A DNA stretch of 64,000 nt from Octopus vulgaris (lineage: Eukaryota), in NCBI GenBank assembly GCA_951406725.2, contig OX597832.1, positions 23,808,001-23,872,000 of the forward strand. Direction: 5' to 3'. Shown here in pieces: positions 56,168-64,000 of this stretch. A program made the position numbers and the translations under genes. Within the stretch, counting starts at the first letter, position 1. Each line of letters starts with the position of its first letter. The notes beneath the pieces are model-generated. The model saw only the letters and a list, made by a program, of their open reading frames with translations, searched no databases and was not told the origin of the DNA.

Positions 56168-57034
56168 CTACATGTTTAAACATTCACACAGACACACACT
56201 TAAACACAAAGTATGAATAATCTTCGAAAAGCACCTGTTACATAATAGAAAGTATCTCAACAGATGGCATATTTCTCTCTGTGCAGGTATAAACTAATTT
56301 ACTGAAAAGCACTCTTACACATCATTTATACCTTTTATTATTTTTTATTTTCATTCCTTATACACTCACACATTCTCTAACCCTTCTGGCCAGGTTTCTT
56401 TGGTTCAAAAGTAAGAAATCTGGCTTAAAACACAATTAGAACTTTGCAGGGAATTCCCAACAATGTTATCATAAAATCAATTATAAACTACAGATTACAA
56501 AACTGTCTAGAAGTAGACAGGTGTTTCACCATGCTGTCTTCTATATCATATAAAAGATCATTCACAAAGACATTTCTCACAAACTAGCATTATTGAAGTT
56601 GTTGATTCTTTTCAAAAAGTGTCCAACACAAAATAGACTCCAAAGAGGAAAAGCAGGAGACAGGATTAAATAGTAGCCAAACAATCCCTCCGTCCGATGA
56701 GGGGGATTTCTATCAGATAAAATATCTGTACAGAGGATCTTGTTGGCTCAAGTTTGCATCTGTTGGCAGCAGATTATAAAATGTATGTAATTAGTAGAAT
56801 TATCTAGTAATTTTTTACTAGTTTCATCTTGTCTCCTTGTTTTCTCTCTGTGTTGATATATGGACCATTAAAGTGGTTTCAGAGTCAGATCATGGCTGCT
56901 ATTTTCAGCATGGTGGTATCTCATAGATACCCTAATTTATGATTTTAATAATCATTACTTTTGAAGGTTTTTTTTTTCCATGCTGACCACTTGATAAAAT
57001 CATTATTTTATTTAAAATTAACGATCTTATCCTT

Positions 57035-57380
57035 TACGGAGATGTACTTGCATAGCAAGTGATCTGATCTGAGATCGTGTGCTGGAACGAAAACAATTGC
57101 AGCATGGAAGGTGTCTGTAAGCCATTTAAGAAACACACAAAAGCCGTTCGATTCACTTCAACATTTAAGTTTAATTTGTCAAAATATTTTCGTCGCTTTA
57201 AGACCGCGACCTGTTCACTGACAAAAATCCGTGCTGCATCTGAGAGAGTAACAGTTAGTTTGTTATATATATGTACGTGTGTATGTATGTATACACGCAT
57301 GCATGTACGTACGTCTGTGTGTATGCATGCATGTATGTATGTATGTACGCATGTGTATATGTATGTATGTATGTATGTGT
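57035..57380 (-). mobile_element. Second short hammerhead-bearing retroelement with terminal microsatellite
   Basis: Flanked by a 12-bp direct repeat GATCTTATCCTT (57023-57034, 57381-57392). It sits in the end of another repeat whose uninterrupted inverted copy is at about 48076-48190. Confidence 0.65.
57175..57225 (-). ncRNA. Minimal type I hammerhead ribozyme-like motif (G3-C8 swapped core)
   Basis: Minus strand TTTGTCA-GTGAACA-G-GTCGC(GGTCTTAAA)GCGAC-GAAA-ATAT-TT-TGACAAA: 7-bp stem I, 5-bp stem II, palindromic stem III. Confidence 0.65.
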
Positions 57381-57397
57381 GATCTTATCCTTATTTA

Positions 57398-57466
<69 letters not shown>

Positions 57467-58066
57467 CAGACTTCTTTCAGTTTCCATCTACCAAATCCAC
57501 TCACAAGACTTTGGTCAGCCCGAGGATATAGTAGAAAGACACTTGCCGAAAGTGGCAAGCAATGAGATTGAACCTGGAACCATGTGGTTGGGAAGTAAGC
57601 TTCTTACCACACAGCCACACATGCACCTGTATATGTATTTTCAGCATGATTTTGGAAAATAGTTTCTAATCTTTCTGCTAACCAAACAAGTTTTTAATAT
57701 TACTATTCCCTACTGAGAGTGAATGGCCAAAGGACCTAGGAATTATGGTAGGGGTCAGAATGTTTGTGAACTAGGTCAAGAAAGGGCACTGCTGGGTATC
57801 TTTTATCTTTTAATCTTCTCAGTCATTGAACTGCAATCAAATAGATCCACCCACCCAGTACTTATTTATTAAGCCTGGCACCCATTCAAGTGGTCTCTTA
57901 CACCACCAAACTGACAAGTTATGAGAAGGTAAAGAAATCAACAAAGTCGTCGGGGCAGAGGTGGGGAACAGACACCCACACAGACACACCCACAAAAACA
58001 CACAGAAAGACACACACACACACAGAAACACACACACACACACACAGAAAGACACACACACACAAA

Positions 58067-58116
<50 letters not shown>

Positions 58117-58908
58117 ATGCAGTGAAACTGAACCCAGAATGCTATTTTATTGAAGCTGGAAACAAACCTCGCAAACCGTTACTCAGAGTTCCACACAAGA
58201 CAGTGACGAGTACTCAGAGAGCAACACAACAGCTTACAAATATTTTACAAATACACATACGCATACACACACACACACATATATAAATATATATACACAC
58301 ACACACACATGCACACACACACACACACACAGCACAAATATGCACAACCACACACGAAGGACGACCAAGGCTGGAAAGCCTTCGCTCACACATCGACTTT
58401 ATCACCCCGACTGACCTGGAGCTAAACAGCAACAGATATGGCATGACTCAAGAGGAAATCAATCAATAAATAAAAACTGCTCAGATTAGAAACGTTAAAC
58501 CACTCACTGCCTAACTGCTTTGTTTCACTTTTGGGTGACCAATAAATGTTTTATCAGCCTCTCTTTTGCACACTCTCTCTTTCTCTCTCTCTCTCTATTG
58601 CAGTTCACAAGAAGCAAATATGTTTGAGGCCTTTCAACAACACGTGGTTTTTTTCTTTATCTTGTTGTTTTTACATATATACATAATCATTTGGCTAAGT
58701 CATTGTACTGGGGCATTACTAATTCATGAAGCTATTAACTTTATCTTGTGTGTTGGTATCTCCATTTACTGCTGTAGATCAATATAACTCTTAATAATAC
58801 TCGCCACGAGTAAAATGATTTCACACACACACACACACTCGTGTGGATATACATGCATATATATATACAGGGTGGGTAGAAAGTAACTAGGTATTAGATT
58901 GCTTATAG

Positions 58909-59127
58909 CAGTGCTTTTCAACCTTTTTGCTGGAGCGGAACCCCAAGGAAACATTCCACTGGCTCGAGGAACCCCTGTGCAATAATTTAATTGTCTTATG
59001 CACGTGTATCTGCACAGGAGAATTAAAAATTACTGTCGATTTTAGCATTTTTGTAACTTCTTGCGGAACCCCTGGACTGTACTGGCGGAACCCTAATGTT
59101 CCGCGGAACCCTGGTTGAAAACCACTG
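58909..59127. mobile_element. hAT-type MITE, copy 1
   Basis: CAGTG..TTTCAACC / GGTTGAAAACCACTG TIRs. 8-bp TSD GCTTATAG/GCTTATAA. Closely similar to 61152-61370. Confidence 0.85.
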
Positions 59128-59372
59128 GCTTATAAAATTTTTAGTATCAGTGAAGTTATGACGAAAAACGTTTTTTTAAAACAGGCAACACTAATGGGGA
59201 TTTTTTTTTATTTTTCTATTGTCATATTTCTTATTTCCTGTTTCCCAGATGCCTGGTCACTCAACTGTTCTGGACCAAGCTAAGATAGTAGCACGCTATG
59301 AAGTGTGGAATTCCATTGTTTTGGTTCAGAGATGGTCGCATGAATGGAAAAATAAGCATGCAATATTATGTC

Positions 59373-59572
59373 GGGAGAGTTTACGAAAAAAACAAAAGAC
59401 GAAGACAGGTGGTGTACAAAACAAACAGATGTATTAGTATAACGCTCAGGAATAGAAAAAGTCTTTTACGTTTCGAGCCTACGCTCTTCTACAGAAAGGG
59501 ACACAGAATAAACAAGGAGAGAAAAAGATGCGTGTAGTGGCTAATGATCTATCATGGTGACTGATAGAGCGA
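59373..59572 (-). mobile_element. 200-bp non-coding retroelement with minimal hammerhead-like motif (Penelope-like/retrozyme-like)
   Basis: Flanked by a 12-bp direct repeat CAATATTATGTC (59361-59372, 59573-59584). Removing it rejoins the interrupted transposase frame (..KHAILC|PETIK..). A related copy lies at about 975-1160. Confidence 0.75.
59463..59498 (-). ncRNA. Minimal type I hammerhead ribozyme-like motif (A6U core variant)
   Basis: Minus strand CTTT-CTGTAGA-A-GAGC(GTAG)GCTC-GAAA-CG-TA-AAAG: stem I, core, stem II, GAAA, palindromic stem III, GUA site. Confidence 0.6.
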
Positions 59573-61151
59573 CAATATTATGTCCAGAGACAATAAAAAG
59601 TAGTTATGCAAAGCTGAAGACCACGGGCTCTGTGAATGATGCAAGAGGTGGCCGTCCAACCACATCCCGACCTGTGGAGAAAGTGACAACAGTGCAGGAA
59701 ATGTCTAATCACAGCCCGCAAAAGATCAACACGTGAAGCAGCTCATGGAAACCCCATTACATGCAGGAGCTAAAACCTGAAGATTGTGACCACAGAAGTC
59801 TAGATCTCACTCCATGTGATTTTTACCTGTGGGGTTACACAAAAGAACAGGTGACCCAAGACAAAACCTTGCACACTGGAGGACTTGGAGACATGGATCG
59901 AGGAGGTTCTCAATGAAATCTCAGATGATGTCCTTCAGAAGGTTGTTCATTCCACCCCTGGTCGTTTGAGGAAACTTGCTGATGCCACCGGTGCTTGCAT
60001 TGAAATATGAAGATTTACTTTCATTTTCCCCATGTAATAAAGAACATGTATCATTTGTTTCAATAAATTTCTAAAAGGAATATGGATTTTATTAAGTTTT
60101 AATGCCTACTTACTTTCACCCACCCTGTGTGTGTGTGTATTATATATACACACATACACATCGAGAGAGCCAGAGTGTGACCGAGAGAGAGAGAGAGAGA
60201 GCCAGAGTGTGATCGAGTGAGAGAGAAAGCCAGAGTGTGACCGAGAGAGAGAGAGAGCCAGAGTGTAAGCAAGTGAAAGCCTCAGAGAGAATGCCTCTGA
60301 CTGTAAACCAGCCAAGATAAGCCAAGGGTTAAACAGCAATAGAAACAAAGTCGCCTGGATGCCACAATATGTGATATTTCCAATATTAACATCCAAACTT
60401 GAAGAAAACAAACAAACCAACATCTCTCCACCCACTCTTGTTTTGTTTTGTTTATTTTCGGTCAAGCTGAAAGTTTCTAATTTGAAATCAAATTTCAATA
60501 TGACTAAATCTGCTTCCAATTTACTGCAGTTGCTAATATTCATCAATAGCCAAGAGCAAGGAGCAGGGGTGGGTAGGGAGAGGAAGGGGCTGTGAATTAA
60601 GCCAAAAAAAAAAAAAAAAAAAAAAAAAGCATGGAGATTAAAATCTGCAGTATTGATTAGGATTACTAATATTTCTTGATGTTTTTATTGGCTGGCGGCC
60701 CGAAACACCTAAGTACGGAACTGTGAATGATCAAGAAGCCAAAAATGGTAAATAATCTGCAAATTTATTTGTCGGCAGTGGTGGGGAGGGCGAGGTGGGA
60801 GAAGGAGAAGGAGAATGAGTTTGAGAATGGATAATAATGATAGTTATAACTCTAAATTCTAATTTTAAATCTTGTATGCATGATCAACCGTAAATTTTTG
60901 TAGCATAGGAAAAAATACTTCGGATACTTTTAAAAGCAACAATGGTTTGGCGCCGATATATTTATTGAAAGCAACAGTTTTGTCACACTGCCAACAAGAT
61001 GGTCAACAGCTCATAGTTAATCCTATCATAGGCATCCTACTGTATGCACTATATCCATCCATGGCCAGCTAATGTAATTCTCAAATGGCTCAGTTCATTT
61101 AGCCAGAAATAAATATCAAAGGAAAATACAGCTCACCGCGAATATCTACAG

Positions 61152-61370
61152 CAGTGCTTTTCAAACTTTTTGCTGGAGCAGAACCCCAAGGAAACATTCC
61201 ACTGGCTCGGGGAACCCCTGTGCAATGATTTAATAGTCTTATGCACACATATCTGCACAGGAAAATTTAAAATTACTGCCGATTTTAGCAGTTTTGTAAC
61301 TTCTTGCGGAACACCTGGACTGTACTGGCGGAACCCTAAGGTTCCGCGGAACCCTGGTTGAAAACCACTG
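61152..61370. mobile_element. hAT-type MITE, copy 2
   Basis: Same 219-bp element with a perfect 8-bp TSD ATCTACAG. Confidence 0.88.
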
Positions 61371-62482
61371 ATCTACAGTAATGCCTCACCTATCACAGGT
61401 GTTACATTCCAAAACCCTGCCACAATAGGTGAAAATCCGCAAAGTAGAATGAACTGTATGCTTTTATTTTTATAATTTGTATGTATTTACTCTGTGTCAT
61501 ATGCCCACGAGCGTATGGCATAGTGGGTCTATCAGCCGAAACATTGTGTTAACAACATACAAGACGAGAACAAATATCCGCCAATTGTAAATAGTATAAA
61601 TAATGTACATAATTTATTCTGTTTCATGTTCAGACTGGCCAGATCTGGCCTCTTGCACCTCCCCTGCAATGTCATTCTGAAATTTAAGTTACCTCATGTA
61701 AAATCTCAAAGCTACAAAATAACGCATTATTAATTCAAAATGATTTGAATAAATAAAAATTACATTCGATAGAATAATTGGACGGCCTAAAGGATTAAAT
61801 TCAGCTTATTCGGTCAAGTTTTCAAAGATGTATTTTCCCAACACACAGCAAGTGAGATTACCTGATAGAGGAGGGGGCGTGGGAGTGCGGACGTAACCCT
61901 GGGTCAATGAAAGCATGTAGGCAACAGAATGTCTATTCACATGTTGACTTAGGCCAGCTTGCAAAACATGTGTGTTGTGTCTTGAGGGCACACAAAATCA
62001 TAACCATTTTATTTCTGGTCACGTACACATTCTCTCATGAACTTGGACTCATTCCAACATGAAAAAAATATTCCAACAATAATAAATATGTTGTTTACAA
62101 TGGTTGTAACAGTTTAACGAATAAAAACAACCAGAAGACGGTGTGTCTGTATGCATGTGTAACTAATTAGGTGGCTGGCTTCATTAAGTCTTTAACATTC
62201 AGACTACTTTGCCAAATGTAATGGCTGTTTAGTCACATTTTTTGTAGCTATGAGATTTTGAGGATATGATTATTTTTAGATTAACATTGTAAGGTAAGTG
62301 TGAATGGCTAGAACTGGTCAGCTTCCATAAAAGAGAGGGAGAATATTTGAGTTGGACATGGCTGGATTCAACGGTAAAGGGTGAAGGTTTAACTGAAAAG
62401 TTAGGAAGTCATTCTTTCATATAAACAGGCCTATATTATAAGCATGTAGGAGAGAGGCAGTCAGGCAGAGAAAGGAAAGAGT

Positions 62483-63590
62483 GGGCAGGCAGAGACGGAG
62501 ACGGAGACGGGCGGGCAGGCAGGCAGAGACGGAGACAGTGAAGGGCGGGCAGGCAGACAGAGACAGTGAAGGGCAGGCAGGCAGACAGAGACGGAGAAGG
62601 GCGGGCAGGCAGGCAGAGACGGAAAAGGGCAGGTGGGCAGACAGAGACGGAGAAGGGCAGGCGGGCAGGCAGAGACGGAGAGGGGCGGGCAGGCAGGCAG
62701 AGACGGAGAGGGGCGGGCAGGCAGGCAGAGACGGAGAGGGGCGGGCAGGCAGGCAGAGACGGAGAAGGGCGGGCAGGCAGGCAGAGACGGAGAGGGGCGG
62801 GCAGGCAGGCAGAGACGGAGAGGGGCGGGCAGGCAGGCAGAGACGGAGAGGGGCGGGCAGGCAGGCAGAGACGGAGAAGGGCGGGCAGGCAGGCAGAGAC
62901 GGAGAGGGGCGGGCAGGCAGGCAGAGACGGAGAGGGGCGGGCAGGCAGGCAGAAACGGAGAGGGGCGGGCAGGCAGGCAGAGACGGAGAGGGGCGGGCAG
63001 GCAGGCAGAGACGGAGAGAGGCGGGCAGGCAGGCAGAGACGGAGAGGGGCGGGCAGACAGGCAGAGACGGAGAGGGGCGGGCAGGCAGGCAGAGACGGAG
63101 AGGGGCGGGCAGGCAGGCAGAGACGGAGAGGGGCGGGCAGGCAGGCAGAGACGGAGAGGGGCGGGCAGGCAGGCAGAGACGGAGAGAGGCGGGCAGGCAG
63201 GCAGAGACAGAGAGAGGCAGGCAGGCAGGCAGAGACAGAGAGAGGCAGGCAGGCAGGCAGAGACAGAGAGAGGCAGGCAGGCAGGCAGAGACGGAGAGGG
63301 GCGGGCAGGCAGGCAGAGACGGAGAGGGGCGGGCAGGCAGGCAGAGACGGAGAGGGGCGGGCAGGCAGGCAGAGACGGAGAGGGGCGGGCAGGCAGGCAG
63401 AGACGGAGAGGGGCAGGCAGGCAGGCAGAGACGGAGAGAGGCGGGCAGGCAGGCAGAGACAGAGAGAGGCAGGCAGGCAGGCAGAGACAGAGAGAGGCGG
63501 GCAGGCAGAGAGAATGAGAGGCGGGCAGGCAGTGAGAGAAGCGGAAAGGCAGGCAGAGAGAGAGAGAGAGAGGCGGGCAGACAGAGATGG
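62483..63590 (+). repeat. GC-rich 28-bp minisatellite (AGACGGAGAGGGGCGGGCAGGCAGGCAG)n
   Basis: About 1.1 kb of tandem 28-mers. The 28-aa periodicity of the overlapping ORFs reflects three units. Confidence 0.95.
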
Positions 63591-64000
63591 ACGAGGAGAG
63601 TGAGGGCAGAGGGAAAACAGAGAAGTTGGTGGTAGCCTGATGGTGTAGGAAAGAAAGTGATGAGAGTGGCATGTTTGGGGCATTAAACAACCTTCACTCT
63701 CCGCATGGATTAACTAACAAAAGACAAAAAAAAATGTTACATGACCTTTTAATTTTTTTTTTTGTTTTTCATGGCGTTGCTTGTTTATAAAATCCTGGGT
63801 CATTAACATAAGTGATTTATTACAAGTCACATAATACATTTCAGACAATTAAGTAATTCTAGGAAAGGCCTCGTCAACAAACAGAAGCAGCAGCAGCAGC
63901 AGCCAGTCACAGAATCAATAACAATGTCACAAAGAGAGAGGAGGAGGAGGAGAGAGAGCAGATGGGGAGAGAGTGTGAGGGAGAGTATGAGAGAGAGCAA

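Larger units (their letters stand above)
58868..60127 (+). mobile_element. Decayed Tc1/mariner transposon with two nested insertions
   Basis: TIRs CAGGGTGGGT(A)GAAAGTAA / TTACTTTCACCCACCCTG. Transposase remnants ..KLKTTGSVNDARGGRPTTSR.. and SLDLTPCDFYLWGY (about 59798-59840). Confidence 0.85.

Noticed and set aside
56686-56710. CCGATGAGGGGG hammerhead-like start
   Set aside because: There is no matching stem II partner followed by GAAA.
62436-63690. 300-415 aa ORFs on both strands
   Set aside because: They arise from a 28-bp minisatellite that lacks stop codons in several frames.
52621-64000. UBE2W start-codon exon
   Set aside because: It is expected to encode only a few residues. No candidate could be told apart from chance, and it may lie beyond the window.

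Overview
This is AT-rich eukaryotic DNA saturated with microsatellites and SINEs. The repeat landscape suggests a coleoid cephalopod, probably Octopus (inference). Two spliced genes can be rebuilt, facing each other tail-to-tail. One is a complete 4-coding-exon TMEM14-family gene (+, 27931-37808, 104 aa). The other is UBE2W (-, five coding exons, 45698-52620), whose short start exon I could not locate. The rest is interspersed repeat: at least four tRNA-derived/Meta-type SINE families, decayed Tc1/mariner (maT-like) transposons, hAT- and piggyBac-type MITEs, non-autonomous Helitrons, RTE/CR1/CRE LINE fragments and simple repeats. Almost all ORFs in the supplied track are repeat artefacts. The most interesting signal is a set of short non-coding elements carrying minimal type I hammerhead-ribozyme folds with non-canonical cores. 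Two of them are bounded by 12-bp target-site duplications. Several foldback elements look like mirrored hammerhead 3' halves. Together these suggest Penelope-like/retrozyme-like non-autonomous retroelements. A second oddity is a SINE whose body is tandemly multimerised through the same precise junction at three separate loci.
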